Shown piece by piece: positions 30,479 to 39,431 of a stretch of DNA of 61,395 nucleotides. Numbering within the stretch: position 1 is the stretch's first letter; each line of letters opens with the position of its first letter. Source of the stretch: an uncultured Bacilli bacterium (GTDB lineage: Bacteria; Bacillota_I; Bacilli_A; RFN20; CAG-449). The notes under the pieces were generated by a model. That model was not told where the DNA came from. It saw nothing but the letters and a program-made list of their open reading frames with translations, and did no database searches. Both the position numbers and the translations under genes were made by a program. The DNA is taken from positions 1 to 61,395 of the forward strand of contig CALVKD010000002.1 in the NCBI GenBank assembly GCA_944332525.1, written 5' to 3'.

Positions 30479-31034
30479 TATCGTTCTTTGAAAATTAGTT
30501 TGTTACACCTCGGTGCAGGCATCTTGTGCGATGGCCGAGGCGTGGCCTTGATAATCTCTTCTGCGGGATACTGCAGATGTAGGTGAGACCTTGAGGAAAC
30601 AAAAAGGTATCCGCATTAACAAATGCGCTGAGGTCAATGTCGCTGAATGTTGTTCGATGTAAATGTCTTCTCATCAGGCGCGATAAGAGGCTCCATAGTG
30701 ATATGTCCCGCGTCAAGAAGCAAGCCTGAGAAACTTGTTTCTTCGCTCTCAACTAAGCGTGCGACTTGATGCTAAGTAATTAGCTATAACTGTTTGAGAA
30801 GGATTGAGTAGCAGAATGTCCATGTTTGCAAATTAAGGAATTTGTATGCGTATAGCTGAAGCTCTGTGAAAGTTGGATGATGATTTAGTTCATCCCGTTG
30901 TCCGGTTTATCCCATTTTGGAAGTTTAAAGGTAGCTCCTTTAGATTCAGCCCAACGTGAACGTGCATGAATAACAGATTACAATAAATTCAGTAGGGTGA
31001 AGATCCGTAACATTCTAATTTTCAGGGAACGATA
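30479..31034 (+). ncRNA. large (about 555 nt) highly structured non-coding RNA of unassigned family (ROOL-like in size and context; family not verified)
   Basis: This protein-free region is clearly more GC-rich than its flanks. An 18-bp closing helix pairs 30479-30496 with 31017-31034 and includes 3 G-U pairs. There are many internal helices, for example 30508-30513/30535-30540, 30563-30571/30607-30614, 30715-30724/30734-30743, 30875-30880/30890-30895 and 30926-30931/30937-30942. A TATAAT box lies at 30445-30450 upstream and an intrinsic terminator lies immediately downstream. Confidence 0.6.
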
Positions 31035-31038
31035 AATT

Positions 31039-31063
31039 AGTTACCTTAATGGTAACTTTTTTT
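31039..31063 (+). terminator. intrinsic terminator ending the structured RNA
   Basis: A 7-bp stem pairs AGTTACC (31039-31045) with GGTAACT (31051-31057). The loop is TTAAT and TTTTTTT follows. Confidence 0.8.
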
Positions 31064-31078
31064 ATGAAAAAAATCCTC

Positions 31079-31270
31079 TCAAGAGAGGATTTCTATAATT
31101 GATACATTAAATACTTCACTTATTCTTTTAATCACCGCGAGAGAAGAAGTGCCAATGGTTTCGAAGCGGCGAATTTGTCGTTCACTATAGCCGAGAAGAT
31201 TACCCATTTCAACTTGAGTGATCTGGTTGATTAAACGAATATTTTTTATATTTTGTGCTATTTTTTCCAT
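31079..31270 (-). CDS. XRE-family HTH transcriptional regulator (small, stand-alone)
   Basis: It has the HTH_3 pattern IKNIRLINQITQVEMGNLLGYSERQIRRFE. I chose the ATG at 31270, which is 7 nt after AGGAGGG. The ORF-track start is a TTG two codons upstream. Confidence 0.8.
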   Translation of the reverse strand: MEKIAQNIKNIRLINQITQVEMGNLLGYSERQIRRFETIGTSSLAVIKRISEVFNVSIIEILS

Positions 31271-31487
31271 CTTCAATCCCTCCTTTTTTAGGACAAAAAA
31301 ACAAAAGAAAAAATTCTTTTTAGAAATATTAATATGTTCTTTAGTCAGTGAATGAATTGTACCATATAAAATAAATATTGTAAAGATATTTTTTTACTTT
31401 TTTACATTGGTAATTGTACTAAGATTGTTAAGTTTTATAAACAAATTAATTAATTATTAAACTAATAAAAAAGAGTCTCCTTTTTAA

Positions 31488-32863
31488 TTACTTAACGTTA
31501 GCGGCTAAAACACTTGCATATTCAAGTAACAGCAAATATTTTTCAGTATTACTCATTATGCCTAGATCAGCAGTTACTTTTTCTATTCCATTGGCAACAG
31601 TATTATTTGAAAATTCAACTCGAGTTTTTAAGAACTCTAATTTTGTTTCAGTAGATAACGTTGTATCATTTACCCAGCCCTCATGTAAACTAATAAATCC
31701 TAAAGCTTTTTTCACATTATTATTTCTAATAATCAACTTACCTGTTCCAAGATTAACTGCACTAGGTTTATCCAATGTAATTTGGATTGCATTATCTTTT
31801 CTTTCATTTTTATTAGTTTCAATTACACTTAAGTAAAATTCGTTATTTTCAATGATTCTATCTCTATCATTTCCCGGCATCATAGTGTTAATTGATTTTG
31901 TAGAATTCATTATTTTATTATTTCTAATTTCATATGAAATATCAGGCGCTGTAGCGGTAATAGCATTGTTATCCTTGATATTATAGAATTGGCAACCATC
32001 AACTACGTAATGTGCTCCACCATTTAATGTTAAAGTACAATTAGCAAAATAAACATTTTTAATAATAACATTATATTCTTCAGTATAGTTTAAATTAATT
32101 CCACCACTTCTATTATCTTTATTATAATAGTTGGAAGCATAATATTTATTTTCAATTGTTATTGTATTTCCAGATTGTTCTATATGATTGCTTGGCACTA
32201 CAAATGAAATGTCTGTAAAAAATTTAGAATTTTCAGAATCACTATCGATAGCGACACTAGTAGAATCACCAACACCTTTAGTTGTAGTTTCAGGTACTAT
32301 ATATGGTCCATTGATCAAATTTAATTTAGTAATATTTTCAAGATATGCTTCATCTTCCAATTCAAACAAATTATTATTTAAATCAAAAGTGTGTTCAGCA
32401 CTAGAAGTCTTAGCTAATGATGACTTTAATGTTACTAGGCTTAATAATGCATAATTGTATACTCCAGTTTGTAATCTTCTATCATCTGGATATACTGCCC
32501 ATAATTCTACGTCACTTGTATAATTAGCTGGGAATTCAATAGTTCCAGAATCTCTGTCTAATAATACAGTAGACACATTCTTTCTATCATAAGCAAACAC
32601 ATATGATTTCGAACTTGTTTTAAAATGATTAGAATTAATACCATTTTCCTCGATTAAAGTTACAAGTTTAGGCAATGTAATATCATCATCTAAAGTATGT
32701 TCAGCTTTTAATAAGATATTATATTGAGTGCATAGTTGTTCGTCTACAGATTTATTTGCCTTCTCTGTGAATGACAAACCGATACTGTGGCTAAAATAGC
32801 TAAAATAGCGATAACCACCAAAAGTTCTACAAGAGTAAAACCTTTTCTTCTGTTAGCTTTCAT
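31488..32863 (-). pseudogene. prepilin-type N-terminal cleavage/methylation domain protein with parallel beta-helix body, interrupted by a 1-nt frameshift
   Basis: An ATG at 32861-32863 (AGGAGG RBS) encodes MKANRRKGFTLVELLVVIAILAILATVS..., a class III signal peptide. This reading frame stops after 39 codons. The 429-aa ORF (31488-32777) continues in the -1 frame with ...SFTEKANKSVDEQL, a typical post-helix pilin sequence. It then carries PbH1-like repeats. Confidence 0.7.
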
Positions 32864-33051
32864 AACAAAAAATTCCTCCTTTTAAAGCAGTTTCATTGTA
32901 TTTACTCATTATTTTTATTGTCAATATAATTGCATAAAAGTATATTAAATTATATTTTTATCTATCTATTTTCTTACTTTATTATATATTAATATATATT
33001 ATTATAAGATACCATTTTAGAAATTTATCTATATATTATTATATTTATCTA

Positions 33052-33083
33052 ACAAAAAAATCTAGCTTACTTTAAAGCTAGAT
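33052..33083 (-). terminator. intrinsic terminator of the RNase gene
   Basis: A 9-bp stem pairs 33060-33068 with 33075-33083 and embraces the stop codon. A U-run follows on the minus strand (A-run 33053-33060 on the plus strand). Confidence 0.7.
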
Positions 33084-34452
33084 TCTCTCTTTTAACATCG
33101 ACATATGAAGTAGGTGGATATTTTGGATTATACTTATCATGCTTTCCACCACCGGTTTCATTACCGAAGATTTTACCCCAACCATTTTCATAGTTAAGAT
33201 ATTCTTGGAAATCATTATAATGATTATAAGTATAGAATACGTACCTATCTTCAAAATTAGTAATCGGCTGATGGCTTTCCGTGCGACGTGAGAAAACAAT
33301 TCTAGCAGCACCGCGATCAATATAATAACCATTATTATAAATTGAACTAATATGTGAACTTGTTCTCGTTCCAGTTGTACCAATATCGATTTCATAATAA
33401 TATAAATCACCACCGCACCCTTGGATCCGCGGTAATTCTGGTTCATAAGGATACTTATCGGTATCACCAGAGAAAGTAGAAAGGTTTAATCTTAAATATT
33501 CTCCCCATGGTGATGCTTCTGGATCCATTTGTTTACTTTCGACATAGTTAGCTGGAATTTCTCCAAAAGCATAAACATATGCTGCAACATCTTCTAATGT
33601 GATATATGCTCCGTCACGATAAATTTCTTTAACGACTTCACCATAACTATTAACGACATAATAGGTATCTCCGTCTTCTGAGAATAACTCGCTGCTATTT
33701 TTTATTAGCTTTCCACCATCTTGAGGTTGATAACGGCTAATTTCTGGTTCTGGATCAGGAACTGTTATTTCTCCCGACATTAAATAATGTTCGCTTCTGA
33801 GCTTAGCATCATAAGCAGATGTCGCGACATGATAATTTTCGTAAAATTCATCAACATCAATATTGTCGTAAGGATCCGTGTCGGTGATTTCAATAGTTAT
33901 TACATTGCTAATGACATCATCAAGGACTGCATAGATTGATGTCGTTCCAGCTTTAACTGCGGTAATTTTATCACCGCTTATTTCTAATAATCCTTCATAA
34001 TTAGTCTCTTCAATTTTAACTTCTCCAACATAAGTTGAAGGTGTAACTTCATAAGAGGCAAAGACTGATTCACCGAGATTTAAAACGTTCTTTGATAAAG
34101 TTAAAGAAATGCTTTGAATTTCTTGGCTTTCAATAACTGTTAATTTAATTGAATCTTCATGTGATCCTGCTTTAACGCTTATTGTTGTCTCTCCTGGTTT
34201 TAACGCGCGAATTGTTCCCTTTTGATCAATGGTTGCAACCGAAATATCACTTGAATAATATGATAAGGTTAAAGATGAATCATCGCACCGAACAGATAGT
34301 TGATAACTTCCCCCTGCTAACAAGGTTAAATCATCATCGACAATACTTAAAAAAGTATCATGTTGCCCAAAGTTAATTTGGCAAGAGTTTAAGCTTATTA
34401 CTGGTGCTAGTAAAAGCGGAAATAATAGTAAGGTTTTTAAATGTTTTTTCAT
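33067..34452 (-). CDS. secreted lipoprotein: two Big_2 Ig-like domains plus C-terminal barnase-family (microbial N1/T1-type) ribonuclease domain
   Basis: It has a lipobox signal peptide (LLAPVISLNSC) and Big_2 signatures (ATIDQKGTIRALKPGETTISVKAG). The C-terminus aligns with barnase: LEDVAAYVYAFGEIPANYV matches FDGVADYLQTYHKLPDNYI. YYEIDIG carries the equivalent of catalytic Glu, RGAARIVFS is present, and YTYNHYNDF carries the equivalent of catalytic His. Confidence 0.7.
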   Translation of the reverse strand: MKKHLKTLLLFPLLLAPVISLNSCQINFGQHDTFLSIVDDDLTLLAGGSYQLSVRCDDSSLTLSYYSSDISVATIDQKGTIRALKPGETTISVKAGSHEDSIKLTVIESQEIQSISLTLSKNVLNLGESVFASYEVTPSTYVGEVKIEETNYEGLLEISGDKITAVKAGTTSIYAVLDDVISNVITIEITDTDPYDNIDVDEFYENYHVATSAYDAKLRSEHYLMSGEITVPDPEPEISRYQPQDGGKLIKNSSELFSEDGDTYYVVNSYGEVVKEIYRDGAYITLEDVAAYVYAFGEIPANYVESKQMDPEASPWGEYLRLNLSTFSGDTDKYPYEPELPRIQGCGGDLYYYEIDIGTTGTRTSSHISSIYNNGYYIDRGAARIVFSRRTESHQPITNFEDRYVFYTYNHYNDFQEYLNYENGWGKIFGNETGGGKHDKYNPKYPPTSYVDVKRENLALK

Positions 34453-34623
34453 ATAATATCACTTAATGTGAATTATACACGTATATAAGTTATTTGAAAA
34501 CCCTTAAATGATATTTATGCCATTTGTGAATAAATTATTTTTCTATCCTCAGCAAACAATGTATCTCGCAACAAAAATTAATATGATATAATGATAATAA
34601 TAAATTATATGGAGGATTTTGTT

Positions 34624-35181
34624 ATGAGAAAAAGTTTAGGTGCTAAACCTTATTTATTTCCAATGCCAGTTTTAATGATTGCTACTTATAATGAATACGG
34701 TAGCGTCGACTGCATGAATGCTGCTTGGGGAGGCACAGCTGATTATGAAAAAATTGCTATCTGTCTCGATAGCAGTCATAAAACTACGGATAATATCATC
34801 AGAAATAAAGAATTCACAGTTTCTATCGGCGTTAAGGAATATGTAACAGAATGCGATTATTTAGGTATCGTCTCGGGAAAGCAAGTTAAAGACAAATTTG
34901 CTAAATCTGGATTTCATGCCATTGATAGTGAAAAAGTTCACGCTCCGACAATTAAAGAATTACCTTTGACTTTAGAATGCACACTTGACAGAATCACTGA
35001 AGAAGAAGGATTAATGATTGGTAATATCATTAATGTTACGGTTGATGATTCAATTTTAACCGATGGCAAAATCGACATGAAAAAATTTCATGTCATCACC
35101 TTTGATCAAGCAAATAATACTTATATTGAATTAGGTGAAAAAGTAGCCGATGCTTTTAAAATCGGATTGAAACTTAAATAA
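34624..35181 (+). CDS. flavin reductase-like (FMN-binding split-barrel) protein
   Basis: It has the pattern PYLFPMPVLMIATYNEYGSVDCMNAAWGG. I chose the ATG at 34624, which is preceded by GGAGGA. An extended -10 TGATATAAT lies at 34583-34591. Confidence 0.75.
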   Translation: MRKSLGAKPYLFPMPVLMIATYNEYGSVDCMNAAWGGTADYEKIAICLDSSHKTTDNIIRNKEFTVSIGVKEYVTECDYLGIVSGKQVKDKFAKSGFHAIDSEKVHAPTIKELPLTLECTLDRITEEEGLMIGNIINVTVDDSILTDGKIDMKKFHVITFDQANNTYIELGEKVADAFKIGLKLK

Positions 35182-36542
35182 TGCCTATGAACAACATTAG
35201 ATATGATGTCTTTATTTCTTTTAAAAATACCGATAAAGACAATAATCCTACCGAAGATAGCCAAATCGCAGCAATTCTTTATAAAGAATTAGAGCAGCGT
35301 GGCATCAAAGCTTTTTTTAGCAATGTCAGATTATTTCAATTTGGCGAAGCCGCCTATAAAGAGGCCATTGAAAAAGCCCTTGATGATAGCAAGGTTCTCG
35401 TAGCAATTGCAACAAGCGATGATTTTTTAAATAGTAAGTGGGTTAAATATGAACGCGAATCCTTCCATGAAGATATTTTAGCTGGGCGAAAAGAACATGC
35501 TTATATCGTTCCTTATATAAAAAATATCAACGTAAATGCTTTGCCTCGTTCACTAAGAGGCTATGAAACATTTCAAATTAATAATAATGTTGAAGAAGTG
35601 GTGATGTTTATTATCGCTTGCCTCAAAAAAAATAACGAATACAAAGAAAAAAAATTTGAAAAGTCATTAACTACCGGTAAAAATGTCTCGACCTACGACC
35701 CTACTAAAGGCAAAGAGTTGAAACGATTAAAAATTCAAAGTGATAATACCCGTCCGGCCGATATGCTTGCAATCGAATATTGCCTTAAAAATTTACCGCA
35801 CAAAGATAAAATATATATTCTTGATGCAGGATGCGCCTATGGATATGTAACTTCTGATCGATTTTCCAAAATCGAAAATGCCTTTACTTTAGGTGTAGAT
35901 ATTTCAAATAAATGCTTAGAATACGCACGAGAACATAATAATTCCGATAATATAGTTTATGAATATCTTGATTTAGAAAACGAAGATTTTGATGATAATC
36001 TCACTTCCTTAATGGAAAAGTATGGCATTGATAAATTTGATATTATCTTTTCTTCATTGGTTATCCATCACTTAAAAAACCCAAACCGTTTTTTAAGAAA
36101 AATTCGGAAATATCTTTCTAAGGATGGTTTTATTATTTTAAGGGGTTCCGATGACGGATCCATGGTTAGCTGCGGAGATGACGGATTAATTAACAAAATC
36201 ATCGATATGCACGTCAAAACAGATGGTATCTCTGACCGTTTTAACGGAAGAAAACTCTATGGTCAGCTAATTGCCTCGGGATATAAAAATATCAAAATGA
36301 TGTCTTATATTAAGGATACGTCGTCTCTTGATATAGACGAAAAAGAAAATGTGTTTCTTGAAAGATTTGCTTACCGTAAAAATTATCTTCAAAACGCTTT
36401 AGAAAAAGATCCGTATAATATTGAAAAAAAGAACGCTTTAGAAGCTATGGTCTATGCGCTTGATATGCTTGAAAACAAATTTTCTGAAGAATCTTTTTGG
36501 TATAGCGAAATTGATTTTGTCGCTGTAGCTAAAAGAGTTTAA
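35181..36542 (+). CDS. TIR domain fused to class I SAM-dependent methyltransferase
   Basis: Residues about 7-140 form a TIR domain (YDVFISFKNTD...VLVAIATSDDFLNSKWVKYE, putative catalytic E91 at 35451-35453). Residues about 200-340 form the methyltransferase (motif I ILDAGCAYGY, then FDIIFSSLVIHHL, then GFIILRGSDDG). The start overlaps the preceding stop (TAATG). Confidence 0.75.
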   Translation: MPMNNIRYDVFISFKNTDKDNNPTEDSQIAAILYKELEQRGIKAFFSNVRLFQFGEAAYKEAIEKALDDSKVLVAIATSDDFLNSKWVKYERESFHEDILAGRKEHAYIVPYIKNINVNALPRSLRGYETFQINNNVEEVVMFIIACLKKNNEYKEKKFEKSLTTGKNVSTYDPTKGKELKRLKIQSDNTRPADMLAIEYCLKNLPHKDKIYILDAGCAYGYVTSDRFSKIENAFTLGVDISNKCLEYAREHNNSDNIVYEYLDLENEDFDDNLTSLMEKYGIDKFDIIFSSLVIHHLKNPNRFLRKIRKYLSKDGFIILRGSDDGSMVSCGDDGLINKIIDMHVKTDGISDRFNGRKLYGQLIASGYKNIKMMSYIKDTSSLDIDEKENVFLERFAYRKNYLQNALEKDPYNIEKKNALEAMVYALDMLENKFSEESFWYSEIDFVAVAKRV

Positions 36543-36554
36543 AAGAGGTGACAT

Positions 36555-39431
36555 ATGCAGATAGTTATTTTAATTTTAGCAATTTTGATACCGATAATCT
36601 TTATTGTCTTTTTCACGTTTAAAAACACTAAATATAAAACTTATTGCAACAATACATTTTTACTTGTCACATTATTTTTATTATCATTCTTTATTTTCTT
36701 TTTATCAGGCCTAATTAACCATGAAGATATTGGCGATTTAATCTTCTCACCGATTTTTAAAGCGATTAGCATGTTTGCTTTAGGTAACAGTGTTGAGGAT
36801 TTAAATTATACTTTCCAAGGCTATCCATGGATGTACGATACATATAAGGTTTTAATTATTTATATAGATCAATTAATATGTTTGTTATCCGTTTCATTAG
36901 TTATCCTTACTACCTTCATTAAAACCTTACGCGCGAAGATGTTTAACTTTGGAAAAAGCATTAAGTCTCTCCCGTATATCTTTGATTTAAGAAATAAGAA
37001 AAGATGCGTAAAAAACGTCGTTTATACCGATTTACCTTTTGACGATATCGATTATTTTTTAAAGAAGCTTAAGAAAATTGACGGAATGGTTTTAAAGGTT
37101 GTCGTTTTGCTTTCTTCAACGAAAACTGATAGGGCTGAACATTTAACCGATATCTTAAAAATTAACGGCTATGATGTCAGCAATGAATATTTATCGGTAA
37201 CTTCATTAAGAAAAATGATTTTTGCTCCTAACGGCAAGGTTAACGTTTATTCATTATTTTATCGAGATGAAGACAACATTGAATTTGCAAAAATTGCTTT
37301 AAAACTCTGTAATAGCAAAGCGATGAAAAGAAAAATTTCTAAGCAGCTTTTAAATTTTTATGTTAGCTATCAAGATGAATCATATAATAGCAAGCTCGAC
37401 TTTTCTAAAGAAAGCAATGGTTGCATCCAACTCGTCAGCGAATACGATTGGGCTGCGACTAAATTTGTTTTCTATAATCCTTTGACGAGAATTCTTGATT
37501 TAGGAACATTAAAAGAAGATAAATATGCTTTTTTAAAGAAAATAGCTAATCCACCTCAGCTCCATGTTCATTTCTTCGGCTTTGGTAATATTTCTCGTAG
37601 TTTATTAAACAAAATGTTCCCAAATTATCAACTGCCTTATAAAGATAAAAAAGTTATTTATCATATTTTAGATACTGAAGGCAAAAATCTCTGTTCGTCG
37701 TATCTTTCGCAGTTTGATGCTTTCAACAGCTTTTTTAAAAACAAAGAAGAATATCTTGAGCAGAGAAGTTTTGCCGATGCTTTTATTGGATATGATATTG
37801 ATTTAAATAAAGAAGATCAGATTAGAAAATACATCACTGATGTTATTTTGCCGTCATTAAAAGATAACCAGCAGCACATGATAATTATTGCTTTAGGTGC
37901 CTCATTTATCAATCTTACCTTAGCGATGAATGTCCGTCGAATCATCAAAAACTATTCATCAGCATTTAATATTGATTTAAAAGCTAAATCATTTAAGAAA
38001 TCTTTAATTGTTTATCCATATATCAAAGAGAGCAACGCCTTTATGGCAAACCCTCTTTACTATGGCAGCTTTATTAATGAAATAATGTCTAAGCGCGCGA
38101 AGGATACTATTCCTTCAACAAAAGAAATTGTAAACATACTTGCAAAAACTAACAATCATGGTCATGGTGATCACTTATTTGACTATGGAAAAGATTATGA
38201 ATCGTCTCGACTTTATGTTTTTGATGTTCAAGCAGATGATGTTACATTAAAAGAATGCTTTGCCAAGAAAGAAGATTATCATCTTTTTCAAAAGACTTAT
38301 AAAAATCTTAATCCTTTAAATTTCCTTAAGCATTTAAGGCGTGCAACCTATATTTTAGAATCTATTCCTATTGTCGCTTTTGGACGCGGGGGATATCTTC
38401 GCGATGAGCTCTCGGATCATATCCGCGATTTAGCAGCTATGGAAAACTTCTCTTATATGCCAAAAAGCGATATTCAAAAAATTAAAGAAAGCTACGAGAA
38501 AAAGCATATTAAAATATCCGACTACCAAATCGCCCTTCAGCTTTGGAATAATTCATTAAACCATTATTTGCAAATGACTAATATCGGCTCAATCTTATCA
38601 TTACCTTATAAACTCGGATTATTCGGCTATAAGTTTAAGATGAGCGAAAATTTAAAAGAAAAGGATAACTTGTCCTTGCATAATCAAGAAGTTATAGAAT
38701 CAATCAATTATTCTTTACGTCAGCCATTTAATATTAACAAAGACACTGAAAGCAAAGATCTTCAATTATCCTTGACAAAAAAAGATTTGAAACCTATCTT
38801 TTCAGAAAAATTTCTATCGACTTATCAAGGCGAAACAATTACTTATAATTTATTAAGAAGTCATTTTCTAAAGGTTTATAAAAGTGAATATCTCACTTTT
38901 AAAAAGAATATTGACAAATTTAAAGAAAACAATCAAGGCGATATCTCATTATTTACCGATTTGTACGCCTTGACATATGACTTAAACAGAATTATTAATC
39001 CATATGCTTTAATTATCCGTAACATTGAACATAATCGTTGGTATGTATTAAATGCCGAAGCAGGAATCGTTCCTTTAACGAAAGAAGAAATTGTATCCGG
39101 AATGAAAAAAAGTCCAGACGGCCTACGCCATCGCTGCATGACCAGTAATGAAGGACTCAATGAATTAGCCAAACTAACCATTCGCTTCAAACTTAGCGAA
39201 AAGGAAACCGATCAAAACAAAGGTAAGGTTGATGAATTAATAAAATTTGCATCTTTAGAAGAATTATTACATCATATTGAAACTTCGCCTAGCAATGTAT
39301 TAAAGGATATCTATAAACTCGTCTATTATAATGATATCTCATCATTGACTTCATTAAATGAAAAATTAAGTGTCGGAAACAATCAAAAAGTTATTTATTA
39401 TTTCAAAAATAAAGGTGGAATCAAACTATGA
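36555..39431 (+). CDS. 958-aa membrane protein of unknown function (4 N-terminal TM helices, Rossmann-like cytoplasmic region, C-terminal EHxRW motif)
   Basis: It has an AGAGGTG RBS. The TM helices lie in residues 1-130. A glycine loop VHFFGFGNISRS lies at about 37573-37600. The C-terminal motif NIEHNRWYV...LRHRCMTSNEGLNEL lies at about 39021-39140. I could not assign a confident family. Confidence 0.7.
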   Translation: MQIVILILAILIPIIFIVFFTFKNTKYKTYCNNTFLLVTLFLLSFFIFFLSGLINHEDIGDLIFSPIFKAISMFALGNSVEDLNYTFQGYPWMYDTYKVLIIYIDQLICLLSVSLVILTTFIKTLRAKMFNFGKSIKSLPYIFDLRNKKRCVKNVVYTDLPFDDIDYFLKKLKKIDGMVLKVVVLLSSTKTDRAEHLTDILKINGYDVSNEYLSVTSLRKMIFAPNGKVNVYSLFYRDEDNIEFAKIALKLCNSKAMKRKISKQLLNFYVSYQDESYNSKLDFSKESNGCIQLVSEYDWAATKFVFYNPLTRILDLGTLKEDKYAFLKKIANPPQLHVHFFGFGNISRSLLNKMFPNYQLPYKDKKVIYHILDTEGKNLCSSYLSQFDAFNSFFKNKEEYLEQRSFADAFIGYDIDLNKEDQIRKYITDVILPSLKDNQQHMIIIALGASFINLTLAMNVRRIIKNYSSAFNIDLKAKSFKKSLIVYPYIKESNAFMANPLYYGSFINEIMSKRAKDTIPSTKEIVNILAKTNNHGHGDHLFDYGKDYESSRLYVFDVQADDVTLKECFAKKEDYHLFQKTYKNLNPLNFLKHLRRATYILESIPIVAFGRGGYLRDELSDHIRDLAAMENFSYMPKSDIQKIKESYEKKHIKISDYQIALQLWNNSLNHYLQMTNIGSILSLPYKLGLFGYKFKMSENLKEKDNLSLHNQEVIESINYSLRQPFNINKDTESKDLQLSLTKKDLKPIFSEKFLSTYQGETITYNLLRSHFLKVYKSEYLTFKKNIDKFKENNQGDISLFTDLYALTYDLNRIINPYALIIRNIEHNRWYVLNAEAGIVPLTKEEIVSGMKKSPDGLRHRCMTSNEGLNELAKLTIRFKLSEKETDQNKGKVDELIKFASLEELLHHIETSPSNVLKDIYKLVYYNDISSLTSLNEKLSVGNNQKVIYYFKNKGGIKL

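Noticed and set aside
30495-30752. 85-aa minus-strand ORF (MRAKKQVSQACFLTRD...) inside the gap between maa and the XRE gene
   Set aside because: It has no RBS and an Arg/Cys/His-rich composition typical of random translation of GC-rich structured RNA. It lies antisense within the region best explained as a plus-strand structured ncRNA with its own terminator.
30479-31034. ORF-less group II intron, RNase P RNA or tmRNA as the identity of the structured region
   Set aside because: A GUGCG occurs at about 30526, but it is internal to a helix rather than at a 5' boundary. I found no domain V-like hairpin and no reverse-transcriptase ORF. The RNase P hallmark GAGGAAAGUCC and a tmRNA tag reading frame are absent. 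The 5' and 3' ends pair with each other, unlike an intron flanked by exons.
34624-35181. Flavin reductase-like gene as a barstar-type inhibitor for the neighbouring RNase
   Set aside because: It is transcribed divergently from the RNase gene. It has a clear FMN-binding split-barrel signature and is twice the size of barstar. It is instead translationally coupled to the TIR gene.
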